Source: an uncultured Pirellulaceae bacterium | GTDB taxonomy: Bacteria; Planctomycetota; Planctomycetia; Pirellulales; Pirellulaceae | Length of the DNA stretch: 64,000 nt | Direction: 5' to 3' | Assembly: GCA_964503615.1 (NCBI GenBank) | Contig: CAZDBA010000003.1 | Span: 216 to 64,215, forward strand | Shown: one piece after another, positions 25,183 through 34,708 of the stretch | Layout of the letters: each line of letters begins with the position of its first letter | How positions within the stretch are numbered: the stretch's first letter is position 1 | The notes under the pieces: generated by a model | The model's input: the letters and a program-made list of their open reading frames with translations, nothing else | What the model was told of the DNA's origin: nothing | Database searches by the model: none | Translations under genes and position numbers: made by a program

Positions 25183-25973
25183 TACAACGACCTCGGTTTG
25201 ACGTTAGACAGCTCGGCGAACACTTTCATATTCCCCTCATAGACATCGCAAAGCAGCTTGGGGTCCAGTACTTGTTGTGGCGTGCCGAATCCAAACAACC
25301 GCTGTTTCAAAAGGATCAAAAGGTCGAAATACTCGGCAGCGGTGGCCAGATCATGATGAACGACGACCAGCGTTTTGCCACGTTGTCGAGTCTCTTCCAG
25401 CACATCCAGAATAGCTCGTTCGGTAGCAGCGTCCACACCGGCAAACGGTTCGTCCAGCAGCAGAATCTTTGCGTCTTGAGCCAAAGCCCGCGCCATAAAG
25501 ACTCGTTGCTGTTGCCCGCCGGACAGTTGTCCGATCTGTCGCTTGGCAAACTCGCTCATGCGGACTTTTTCCAGCGCTTCATCAGCAGCCCGAAAGTCGG
25601 CGGCGGTCAAGTCTTGCCACCAGCGCCGATGGCCATAGCGTCCCATGGCTGCAATTTCGCGAACAGTGATAGGAAAGTCCCAATCAACTGCCCCGCGTTG
25701 CGGAACATAAGCGACTTGACCTTTTGTGCGGTTGACGTCTTCTCCGAACAGTTTGACGGTACCAAATTCAGATTTTACAAATCCCAGAATCGACTTAATC
25801 AAAGTCGATTTCCCACTACCGTTGGGGCCGATCACGCCAACCAATTTCCCCGCAGGGATCTGAACGGAGATATCCAACAATGCAGGGACCGGACCATAAC
25901 TAACGGTCAGGTTGTCGACCTGAATCGCGATGTCCTGCTCAGAGACCGGCTCGGATTTTGCAACTGGATTCAT
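25182..25973 (-). CDS. metal ABC transporter ATP-binding protein (ZnuC/MntA/TroB-like)
   Basis: Walker A GPNGSGKST, signature LSGGQQQR, Walker B LLLDEP. Confidence 0.9.
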   Translation of the reverse strand: MNPVAKSEPVSEQDIAIQVDNLTVSYGPVPALLDISVQIPAGKLVGVIGPNGSGKSTLIKSILGFVKSEFGTVKLFGEDVNRTKGQVAYVPQRGAVDWDFPITVREIAAMGRYGHRRWWQDLTAADFRAADEALEKVRMSEFAKRQIGQLSGGQQQRVFMARALAQDAKILLLDEPFAGVDAATERAILDVLEETRQRGKTLVVVHHDLATAAEYFDLLILLKQRLFGFGTPQQVLDPKLLCDVYEGNMKVFAELSNVKPRSL

Positions 25974-26042
25974 ATAAACTAAGCCTGTGTTACGCGAGAA
26001 ACTCTCGCTCAGGGCTACCTGTAAATTTCTAGTTTAGACCTG

Positions 26043-26570
26043 CTAGTGATCATGGTCGTGTTGTTTTTCTTCCTCTTCGGAGTCCACGGAAAAGTAGATC
26101 GTGCCCGTGACCGAATCCAATCCCGACGAGATCCAAAACGAACTTTCGGCGATTACCGTTTTGTCTTTGAGAACTTCAACTCGCATCGCGTGGGACTGTG
26201 AACCCATTGAGTCAAAGCCGCCTGAAAAGTCGGCCGACAATGCGCTAGGCAAGTTGGCTTCGACATACACCGCGTTGCGGCCCAATTCGACAGTGGGCAA
26301 GTCAATCAAGATCGGTTCGCTTCGAAGGACTTTGTCAGAACGGTGAAGAATCTTTTCTTCCTTAAATCGAACTTCCAAGGCAGTGTCGAAACCGAAATCA
26401 ACGTTGGCAACGCAATCAAAGGTTCTGGATAATCGAACCGAGTACTTGCCTGATGCATAGCTCGCTTTGTATTCAATCGCCGTGGGGCGGACTGAATTTG
26501 CAAAGTTTGTGTAGCAGTAGATCCCAGCTAACAGCCCAACCGCCAACAGTATAGAGATGATCGGTCGCAT
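26043..26570 (-). CDS. hypothetical membrane-anchored protein with an acidic/His-rich C-terminal tail, embedded in the metal ABC operon
   Basis: MRPIISILLAVGLLAGIYCY anchor. Ends VDSEEEEKQHDHDH*. The ATG at 26570 lies 1 nt after the binding-protein stop. Confidence 0.55.
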   Translation of the reverse strand: MRPIISILLAVGLLAGIYCYTNFANSVRPTAIEYKASYASGKYSVRLSRTFDCVANVDFGFDTALEVRFKEEKILHRSDKVLRSEPILIDLPTVELGRNAVYVEANLPSALSADFSGGFDSMGSQSHAMRVEVLKDKTVIAESSFWISSGLDSVTGTIYFSVDSEEEEKQHDHDH

Positions 26571-26571
26571 A

Positions 26572-27501
26572 CTATTTGAGTGATTGCACAATCGTTAATA
26601 TGTTTTCCCGCATCATTCCGATGTAGGTTTCGCCAGCCGAACCGGGCTCGCCCATTGCGTCCGAGTAGAGTTTTCCACCGACAACAGCACCTGCCTCTTT
26701 GGCAATGCCCGCGATGACCTCCTCGTTGACCGTGCTCTCTACGAAGATCGCTTTTACTCCCAAGTCTCGAATCTGATCTACGATCGCCTTTCGTCGACCG
26801 ACGCCCAAGTCAGACATTTCACCAGTTGTCCAGCCAACCGGACTGGCCGCTTTGAACTGATACCGATTGCAAAAGTAGCCAAATGCATCGTGATGAGTAA
26901 TCAAAACTCGCTGGTTCGCTGGGAGCGTAACCAACTGACGGTTAATCCAGTTGTTGAGCGCGACCAACTGAATCTTGTACAGTTCTGCTCGCGCGGCATA
27001 TTCCTCGGCGTGCTCAGGATCTACTTCGGAAACGCCTGCGAGAATATTGTTGACATAGGTCGCAGCGTTTGCCGGGTCCAACCAGGCGTGAGGATCTTTA
27101 ACCGTTTCGCCGTCTTCTTCCAGTTCCAACGGTTCGATTCCATCGACGCAACTCCGAATCGGCTTGCCAGCCTGCACGGCAAGTTTCTCCATCCAACCAT
27201 GGCCTTCGAGATTCCAACCGTTCTGCAAACACAAATCAGCAGTAGCAACCAATTTCGCGTCGCTCAATCTGCCAGGGTAAGTATGCGGGTCTTCGCCGGC
27301 TGAGAGAATGCAAACCACATTCCAGCGGTCACCCACGATATTACGAGTGAAATCTGCCACTTGAGTCGTCGAGCAAACTGCGGTTTTCTTTTCCGCTTCG
27401 TCTTGCCCATGGGCATTGGGTGATAGCAAGAACACCAAAAACAAAATTAACAAGGCGATGCATGTGAACTTCTGGCACCGATAGGAATTGCTGTGTGTCA
27501 T
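26572..27501 (-). CDS. metal ABC transporter substrate-binding protein (ZnuA/TroA/MntC cluster A-I)
   Basis: Signal peptide, then DPHTY, DPHAWLDP, ITHHDAFGYF and ESTVN motifs. Confidence 0.85.
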   Translation of the reverse strand: MTHSNSYRCQKFTCIALLILFLVFLLSPNAHGQDEAEKKTAVCSTTQVADFTRNIVGDRWNVVCILSAGEDPHTYPGRLSDAKLVATADLCLQNGWNLEGHGWMEKLAVQAGKPIRSCVDGIEPLELEEDGETVKDPHAWLDPANAATYVNNILAGVSEVDPEHAEEYAARAELYKIQLVALNNWINRQLVTLPANQRVLITHHDAFGYFCNRYQFKAASPVGWTTGEMSDLGVGRRKAIVDQIRDLGVKAIFVESTVNEEVIAGIAKEAGAVVGGKLYSDAMGEPGSAGETYIGMMRENILTIVQSLK

Positions 27502-27537
27502 CAAACTCAACTGAATTTTATTTGAATAGTGAAAAAC

Positions 27538-27567
27538 ACAAAATGCCTAGTATCTGCGGACATTTTG
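27538..27567. promoter_or_regulatory. imperfect inverted repeat upstream of the metal ABC operon (candidate operator or leader hairpin)
   Basis: CAAAATG (27538-27544) and CATTTTG (27561-27567) with partly complementary flanks. Lies 40-65 nt upstream of the ATG at 27501. Confidence 0.2.
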
Positions 27568-28291
27568 ACCATCTGAAAGCTTATCACTGCGGTAATTATT
27601 CGGCAACGCCCAAGTGTATTGGAGGCCAATGTTTCCGAGGTTGGTAATGACGAGAACCTCGCTATATGACTGTTTGACGAACTGATCTTTGCAATTGGCA
27701 ACCTGATTTGGATTTTCGCAAGTTCCCGTTTGCGTCGGTCAGAAGGTGGAATGAGCAAAGTGGTTCAGGATCACGCATGGACAAGACCGTCGTGGTGATT
27801 CAACCGGGCAAGCCTCTCAAAGCAACTAAGATTGTCCTGCTTGGATCGTCAGTCAGCCAAAAAATGTTCGTCCGTCGTCCGTAAGTTTTCTACTAAGATG
27901 CCCTCTAGTGACTGTGAAAAAACAAGTAAACCAACCTAATTGGTTTTTGCCTTTCGTTTTTATCCCTTGTATTGCAGTTGTTCCAAATGCAATTAGCTAG
28001 CGAATGGATTGGAAATGCGAGGTTTTGCTGGATTTGAGATTCAGCTACTTTGCCCGCTGAAACAATCTGTATTTGCCGTGTTTTGGGCTCTTCGACACCA
28101 CATTGGAAATCTTTGACTTGGTTTTGTGATACGCGACTCGGGCGGAATCAGCAAATAACAATTCGACGCTGAAACTGCTGAGAGTTTGATTTCGTATACC
28201 AACGGCCAACGGCGCATGTCCGCCAAGTCGCCAAGTTGTTTGGCGACATTACGACGACGAAAAGAAATTTGATTGACTGGGATAATTTGGT

Positions 28292-29239
28292 ATGAGCGTG
28301 AAAAATCAAAAAGGAACAGAAACACGACCATTTAAATCTCATGACCTGTTTGGCACGATGAGATTGGACTCTGACGACAACAATCAGGACAAGCGAAATG
28401 AGTCGAAGGCTTTTCTGAATGTGATACGAAGCGAAGCCGATTTGGGCGTGCATGTTTTCGTTGAGTCTCCAACCGTACTGGGGCGAGATCCTGATTGTGG
28501 ATTTCCGCTACACGATTTTGGAGTCTCCCGCCAACATGCAAGTGTCACGCCACTGGACAACGGAACCTGCATGTTGAGAGACCTGGGTTCAACTAACGGT
28601 ACTCGCGTCAATGGAACAAAAGTTGTATCGCCGACAATCCTGACTGGCGGCGAGAAGATTTTCGTGGGCGAGACCGTACTTCGATTCGCGATCGCGGACA
28701 AAGTCGAAATCGACTTTCACAACGAAGTTGCCACGCTTGTAAGTACCGATCCACTTACGGAACTCCCATCAAAACGCAGGTTCGATCAAGCTTTTGAATT
28801 TGCTTTGGAGTCAGCAAAGAAGGGGGGAACGCCTCTCGCTTTGTTGATGATGGATATGGATGGTGTTAAGCAAATTAATGATACGCACGGACATTTGTTC
28901 GGGGCTTATTCGATCGGGCAAACAGGACGGTTGATTGCCCAAACGTTGGACTCCAGGGGGCAGGCCTGCCGATTTGGCGGTGATGAATTCAGCGCTTTCC
29001 TGCCCAACCACGATCTTGAATCGGCAACACTGGTCGCTGAGGCAATTCGAGTTGCGGTGGAGAACGCCGGTTTGGAAAAAGATGGAATCTCGTTGAAGCC
29101 AACAATTAGCATCGGAATCGCCTGTTACCCAGAAGTTAACGACGGCCTTCTGGAACTCGTCATGAGCGCTGACAAGGCGCTTTATCGCGCGAAAGCGCAA
29201 GGGAAAAACCAAGTTGCTTGGCATACATCAGCCAGCTGA
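28292..29239 (+). CDS. FHA-domain diguanylate cyclase (FHA-GGDEF)
   Basis: FHA: GRDPDCGFPLHDFGVSRQHA...GSTNGTRVNG. GGDEF: DPLTELPSKRRF...RFGGDEFSAF. Confidence 0.85.
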   Translation: MSVKNQKGTETRPFKSHDLFGTMRLDSDDNNQDKRNESKAFLNVIRSEADLGVHVFVESPTVLGRDPDCGFPLHDFGVSRQHASVTPLDNGTCMLRDLGSTNGTRVNGTKVVSPTILTGGEKIFVGETVLRFAIADKVEIDFHNEVATLVSTDPLTELPSKRRFDQAFEFALESAKKGGTPLALLMMDMDGVKQINDTHGHLFGAYSIGQTGRLIAQTLDSRGQACRFGGDEFSAFLPNHDLESATLVAEAIRVAVENAGLEKDGISLKPTISIGIACYPEVNDGLLELVMSADKALYRAKAQGKNQVAWHTSAS

Positions 29240-29265
29240 GTTGAGCCATTTGCGCGGACCGTGTC

Positions 29266-30420
29266 TTAGGCGAGTTCGGTTCGCAAATCGACTTCCAGTT
29301 TTGTACTCGATTCGCGAACGTTGATCAACTTGGCGAGTTCGCTCAAATGCCGCGCATAACGTTTTGAGAACAGGAGTTTGTCTGATTGTTCGCCGGTTAC
29401 GTTGATGCTGTTCAACAATACTCCCGACTGCATCTCCATCTCATGCTCGCTTTTTAAAAGCTGCACGGCCTTGGGTTGAAAGATCCAACGGGACTGCGTC
29501 AATTTCCATCCGTCGTCGGTCGGCTGCAAAAGCAATTTCGTCTTGGCTGGAAAGCCCGCGATCCCAGATTGAGGGAAGACGACCAGTTCTTTTTTAGTGG
29601 GGACACCATGTGCGCGGCGCGCTAAACTCCAAATCGGGTCACTCATGACCGATCTCATATACGTCACGCGACGGTTGATCCAGCGAAACGCGATCAGACA
29701 ACAGAAAAAAAGAATCAGATTAAGGATCGTGGCGACGGTTGGGCTCCAGGCGTAGATCGCCATTAAACCTGCGCAAACCGATTTGTTGGCCACTTCCAGC
29801 GCTGCATCGACCGACGGAAATGGAATCAACCAAACCAGGACTTCGAAAAAGAACTTTACCGTGTTGATCACAAAGATGTTAATGAACGCGGCCAGACTCA
29901 GCAGAACATCAGCTCCCATCGCCAAGCCACCCATCTCGACAACCATCGTCGCCTGATTTGCGACTTCGACCGATCCCGAATCATCCATCGAAGTCATGAA
30001 TCGAATCAAAACCAATGTGACAATGCCGGCGTAAGCTTCGAGTTGGTCTATCGCCTGTCCAGCCGGTTTCGAGACCTTCGAGATGCGGGGCAACGAAGTC
30101 ATAATGGTAAGCACAAGGAATACCCAGAATACAGCTGGGTTGCTGAGAACCGGATTATCGCTGATGAACGAGTTGTCGACCCAGTCGCCGCCGAATTGGG
30201 AAAGTCCAGCCAGGATGGTCAGGCCAAAAAAGGGCGATATCGCAATCGGGGCTAAGGGTCCCAGCCATTCGCTGGTACTGATTGACGATTGGATGTTTTC
30301 GATCTTGGTCGCGTCTGCCGAAGTCAACGGATCTTCCGTTTGAGAGACAACTGGTGTTCCGACCAGCAGCAAGCTCATAACAACACTACAAGCGAACAAA
30401 CGAATTAAGATCGATTTCAT
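29266..30420 (-). CDS. hypothetical polytopic membrane protein with a cytoplasmic C-terminal domain
   Basis: Signal-like N-terminus, about 6 hydrophobic helices, 130-aa soluble tail. No family recognised. Confidence 0.55.
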   Translation of the reverse strand: MKSILIRLFACSVVMSLLLVGTPVVSQTEDPLTSADATKIENIQSSISTSEWLGPLAPIAISPFFGLTILAGLSQFGGDWVDNSFISDNPVLSNPAVFWVFLVLTIMTSLPRISKVSKPAGQAIDQLEAYAGIVTLVLIRFMTSMDDSGSVEVANQATMVVEMGGLAMGADVLLSLAAFINIFVINTVKFFFEVLVWLIPFPSVDAALEVANKSVCAGLMAIYAWSPTVATILNLILFFCCLIAFRWINRRVTYMRSVMSDPIWSLARRAHGVPTKKELVVFPQSGIAGFPAKTKLLLQPTDDGWKLTQSRWIFQPKAVQLLKSEHEMEMQSGVLLNSINVTGEQSDKLLFSKRYARHLSELAKLINVRESSTKLEVDLRTELA

Positions 30421-30588
30421 TTTGGTGGCGCTTGGGAGAAGTAAGGATAACGCCTCAAGGAGTTGGGCAATTCAGGCGGAAGCCGTACCAAATCCCGTAA
30501 CGATCCGTGGAACGTTTGTCGAGCAAATACCGGTACATTCCGATCCAGAAATGACCGGGCGAGATCTTTTTCTACGAAGAGTTGTGAA

Positions 30589-30927
30589 CTATTCGGGCAC
30601 GGGCTCGATCGAAGAGGTCATTGAACCTTTGCACCGGGAGATCAAAATATCTTTGCCAAAGCTATGAATTTGATCCCGTTTCAGTTCGGCGTGTTCTTTG
30701 GTTGTGGTCAAGCAAATGACACGTCCCGAAGCATCGACTTCTTTGGCAATACCAAAGCCCTGTTCGAAAGCATGACCAAATAACTGTCGCATCATCAAAA
30801 CGACATACTCATAGGAATGGTCATCGTCGTCCCACAAAATTACGTTGTATCGAGGCTGTCGTTTTGGTTTTTGGCGTGATTGCTTTTTGGTTTCAACTAC
30901 CGTGGCAATCGGTCCTTGCTCACTCAT
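30589..30927 (-). CDS. clpS: ATP-dependent Clp protease adaptor ClpS
   Basis: PRYNVILWDDDDHSYEYVVLMMRQLFGH...AKEVDASGRVICLTTTKEHAE. ATG at 30927. Confidence 0.85.
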   Translation of the reverse strand: MSEQGPIATVVETKKQSRQKPKRQPRYNVILWDDDDHSYEYVVLMMRQLFGHAFEQGFGIAKEVDASGRVICLTTTKEHAELKRDQIHSFGKDILISRCKGSMTSSIEPVPE

Positions 30928-31315
30928 TTTTCCACCTATACCAATTTCCGTTTGGCTAACTTTCCTGACGGTTGCTTTCCGATTCAACCGCTCGTTTGAA
31001 TAGACCAAAACCTGCCGCTAAAGCGACCCGATTTGGATATCAGTATCATAGTCGTTGGCCGCCCAATTTGGAAAGTAAAAAAGGTTACTGACTCAAGAAA
31101 GATCCCCAAACTCTTTGACACCAGTGATTACTAAACTTTATTTATTTGACAAAAACGGGGCTGGAACTCGACTGCCGCAAAAAGTGGAACACTAATCGAC
31201 ACTAATCTCTGATCGGCACGAATCTTCGATTAATTCTTTCGACACAAAGATTGGATGTAATCGGCGGCAAAGTCGTGCCACCGTGTTAACTTACTGGACT
31301 GAAACTATGTGACCA

Positions 31316-31585
31316 CTAGTTACCGGAACCGCTCAAAATGTTGATGAATACGGCGATATCTTGAAAGTTCACGTCATTGTCCATATTGACATCTGCCTCA
31401 AGTTGAAATCCGTTCGTAGCCAAAATCATGATGAACGGTGCGATGTCTGCAAAGTCGACACTTGCTTCGATATTTGATGGTGCAGAATCTACTTCACTCG
31501 AGATTGACCTTCGGGAGTACCAACAGAGGTGAAATTCAAGAACTACTTGGCGAACCAGACAATACAGAAAAAACGCTGTCGGTGA
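31316..31585 (-). pseudogene. decayed gene fragment ending in dockerin-like Ca-binding repeats
   Basis: The minus-strand frame gives ...SVDFADIAPFIMILATNGFQLEADVNMDNDVNFQDIAVFINILSGSGN*. There is no start codon, an in-frame TAG lies at 31586-31588, and neighbouring frames hold further coding-like pieces. Confidence 0.45.
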
Positions 31586-32070
31586 CTAAGATGCCTACAT
31601 CATCAGGCACCGCTTTGATGGTGTTGCAGGCTTCGACACAACGTATCTTATTTTTTTAATACGATTCAGAAGGTGTTTTGTCGTCCTCGGACAAAGTGAA
31701 GATTTCGCGATAGGCTGGCCAAGCCAGCCGACACCTGTGCTTGCGTGACTACAAACTGATGCACAGGGAACCGCGGGCCGCGCGGCTTTTGGAAACAATG
31801 TCTTTCGCCGCGGAAACAAGAAAAGGAAAAAGGCACCTTTTTCTCCCTCCGGTGAGTTTCGTGCCGCTTAATTAACCGCCATGAAGCCGGAGATGAAGAA
31901 GATCTACTACTGGATCTCTGCGAGCGACTCGAGTGCGCCGAACGAACCGGAGGCGGAGATCGCCCAAATATCATGCATTAAACGATGTGTAGTTCACCGA
32001 AGCTCACAGAGCTCGAAACTAATCAGAGGTAAGTTCTTTGCGGGCGGGAATATAACGTCTCAAACAAACG

Positions 32071-32092
32071 GTGTCTGAATCGTGTCTGAATC
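32071..32092 (+). repeat. tandem duplication of an 11-mer (GTGTCTGAATC x2)
   Basis: Read directly. Lies about 220 nt upstream of the PEP-CTERM gene. Confidence 0.7.
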
Positions 32093-32308
32093 ATTTCACC
32101 TGCTTGCTTGCGTCCACTTGCTCACATCGCATCAAGATTGGATAACGCCGCGCAGGTCGAACAAAACCGTTGTTCAACCTTATTTCAGGCTCATTGTGAT
32201 AGCGGGTTTGGCAGCAATAAAAATCAGTATTGGAAAAAAAATTAAAGTTCCACATACTTCGCTTCCTGAAAAAAACCCCTCCCATTTACCACTTGACCTG
32301 GAGTTCCC

Positions 32309-33019
32309 ATGAAAAGGATTTCATTACTCACACTGGCGATATTCTTCGCAACAACCCAGCTTTCACACGCAGAAATTCTATCGCTTTTTGAATTCAGCTC
32401 AGATGCGAACGGAAACGAAAATCTAGCCAGCAGCGACACTAACCTCGACAGTTTTTCTTCGAGCTACTCTACTCGGGGCGGTGCTCTTGGCTTGAACATT
32501 ATTGGAAACCCTTTTTCGGGAACCGCGCCCAACCATGTATTTGTCTCTGCAGCAGTTACCCCAGACAGCCTCGACCCAACGATTAACAACGTTTTCCATG
32601 AATTCAGTACTACCGTCCAAGATGGTGAGTGGAATCTCGACTCGATCACGTTCGACTATTGGGTTAACAATGCGCCAGACGGTGGCGAATTTAATGTTTC
32701 TGTATTTAGCGACAGAACGGGGTTCGGCTCCGCCGCCGATTCCTTAGGAACGTTTACTCTGAACACAACAACGGGTAACGCTGGTTTAACGGAAACATTG
32801 AACTTTCCTACCAACCCTAGTTTAGAAAACCTTGTCGCTGGTGACTCGACTAATTTTCGATTGTATTTTAGCGACAACCAAACGACCGGATTGGTTCACA
32901 GAATTGATTCTGTTGTACTCAGAGGCAGTTTACAAAGCGTTCCTGAACCCGCCTCAGCGGTTGTCCTCGGTGCTATTGTTCTGGTATTCGGTATGCGTCG
33001 ACGTCGCAGAGTAGGCTAA
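32309..33019 (+). CDS. PEP-CTERM sorting-domain secreted protein
   Basis: Signal peptide MKRISLLTLAIFFATTQLSHA. C-terminal VPEPASAVVLGAIVLVFGMRRRRR. Confidence 0.8.
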   Translation: MKRISLLTLAIFFATTQLSHAEILSLFEFSSDANGNENLASSDTNLDSFSSSYSTRGGALGLNIIGNPFSGTAPNHVFVSAAVTPDSLDPTINNVFHEFSTTVQDGEWNLDSITFDYWVNNAPDGGEFNVSVFSDRTGFGSAADSLGTFTLNTTTGNAGLTETLNFPTNPSLENLVAGDSTNFRLYFSDNQTTGLVHRIDSVVLRGSLQSVPEPASAVVLGAIVLVFGMRRRRRVG

Positions 33020-33045
33020 GCCTTCAATTTATTCGATACATTGAT

Positions 33046-33078
33046 ACGCTTGGAGCTTTTTGGCTCCAAGCGTTTTTT
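33046..33078 (+). terminator. rho-independent terminator
   Basis: 11-bp stem ACGCTTGGAGC / GCTCCAAGCGT, 6-nt loop, then a run of 6 T (33073-33078, first T shared with the stem). Confidence 0.85.
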
Positions 33079-33267
33079 GATCGATTGGACCAGAAAATAG
33101 AGCAAATCGAGTTTGGACTCGTAGCAGTTGCAGTTTGCGATTCTTGAAATTGGATTGGATTTCGCCCAAAGCCTACACTCGCAAGTTACCCGCATCTAAC
33201 AATGTGGTGGACTCGATGCAAATTTTGTCGCCTTAGAGCTGCCGTTTTCCGTAATTCCATCCGCACT

Positions 33268-33882
33268 TTAGTCTGCGACCAATTCGATCAGTTTCCTGGC
33301 GATCATGTTTTTGCCTCCTCGCGCAGACCAGACGATTTCGTTCTTGTCTAAAATCTCGACTTGGCTTTCGTCAGCTCCGATCGCTTCTGGGCGATTGAGC
33401 ACGATCCAGTCGCAGTTTTTTCGCTGCAATTTTTCGCGGGCGTTTGCTCGCTCATTTTCTGACTCCAGTGCGAATCCGATCGTCCATTGATCGTCCCGTT
33501 TCTGTTGGCCCATCGTTGCAAGAATGTCGACCGTCGGTACGAATTCGATGAGCAAACGCTGTCCGCCTTTTTTGAGCTTGTTCTCTGCGACCGATTCAGG
33601 CTTGTAATCACACGGTGCGGCAGCGGCGATCAAGCCATCACACGATTCGAAATGGTGCTGGCAGGATGCCAGCATTTCTGCCGTTGTTTGCACTTGGAGA
33701 ACGGTCGCCTGTTGAGGGTAGGTGATCGAAACGGGTCCACTGACCACAATCACTTCGTGCCCAGCCTCAATAGCAGCCTCGACGATTTGGCAGCCCATCT
33801 TTCCAGTCGATCCATTGCTGATAAATCGGACGGGATCCAGATACTGCCGGGTGGGACCAGATGTAACCAGGATTCGGGCCAT
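33268..33882 (-). CDS. coaB: phosphopantothenate-cysteine ligase (stand-alone CoaB)
   Basis: ILVTSGPTRQYLDPVRFISNGSTGKMG and AAAPCDY motifs of the CoaB half of Dfp. Confidence 0.8.
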   Translation of the reverse strand: MARILVTSGPTRQYLDPVRFISNGSTGKMGCQIVEAAIEAGHEVIVVSGPVSITYPQQATVLQVQTTAEMLASCQHHFESCDGLIAAAAPCDYKPESVAENKLKKGGQRLLIEFVPTVDILATMGQQKRDDQWTIGFALESENERANAREKLQRKNCDWIVLNRPEAIGADESQVEILDKNEIVWSARGGKNMIARKLIELVAD

Positions 33883-34119
33883 GGTTCACTTTCATTTCAA
33901 TTTTTCTATTCAAAACCCATCGCCAAAGCCGAAATAGAAATGTCGCGTTTAACGACTGTTTGCTTAAGGGGATTTTAGATTTTGCAGGTTGGCTGGGAGC
34001 TATGGTAGCAGAATATATCACAGACCGTAGCAAAGCTCACGTTTCAAAGTCTGTTGTCTGAAACCGCTGGCATTCTATCAAACCGCAAGTAAGGAATCGT
34101 CCCCAAGATCGTCCGAATC

Positions 34120-34659
34120 GTGACTCAAATTGTTTGCAAAAACCCTCCCCCAACCTCTCCAAAACTCATTCGGGAATTTTCGGTGAAGATCGTTTTAAGT
34201 GTCATTGTTGTTGGTTTCATTTTGCTCTGCATGCGATTGATCGGTGCCCAGAGTTTGGGCTTGGGACCGCGTGCTCCCGCAATCACCGCAGATCAAATTC
34301 AGGAGCTGCAAGCTGGGAACGAAAGTGCTCGCCCCTTCGTAATTATCGATGCGAGATCAGATGCAGAAACGGGTGTGTCGGTCATTCCCGGTGCCATCAC
34401 CAAAGCCGAATTTGAGCGGACTCAAGACAAGCGAGCTGGTGAGTTAGTAATTATCTATTGCACAGTCGGCCATCGCAGCGGAATCTATGCACGTGAGCTG
34501 ATCAAAAAAGGCTGGGATGCACTGAACTATGAAGGCAGCATTCTCGACTGGTGTAACAAGCAATTGCCAGTTGTGACGTTAACCGGGCAGAGTACCAATA
34601 AAGTGCACACATACAGCGCGCGGCATCGACTGGCTGACGGTTACGAAGCGGTTTATTAG
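34120..34659 (+). CDS. membrane-anchored rhodanese-domain protein
   Basis: One TM, then IIDARSDAE...IPGAI...IYCTVGHRSG (active-site Cys loop). GTG start. Confidence 0.7.
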   Translation: MTQIVCKNPPPTSPKLIREFSVKIVLSVIVVGFILLCMRLIGAQSLGLGPRAPAITADQIQELQAGNESARPFVIIDARSDAETGVSVIPGAITKAEFERTQDKRAGELVIIYCTVGHRSGIYARELIKKGWDALNYEGSILDWCNKQLPVVTLTGQSTNKVHTYSARHRLADGYEAVY

Positions 34660-34708
34660 AGGGTTAGAGGCCAATCAAATTGCGTTTTGCTACTTTGTTT
34701 GGGCTTTG

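Noticed and set aside
25272-25982. 236-aa plus-strand ORF
   Set aside because: It is fully antisense to the ABC ATPase gene, which carries Walker A, signature and Walker B motifs. No motifs of its own.
27777-27884. 35-codon ORF MDKTVVVIQPGKPLKATKIVLLGSSVSQKMFVRRP in the 790-bp spacer upstream of the metal operon
   Set aside because: No Shine-Dalgarno sequence and no recognisable family. It is too short to support without conservation or expression data.
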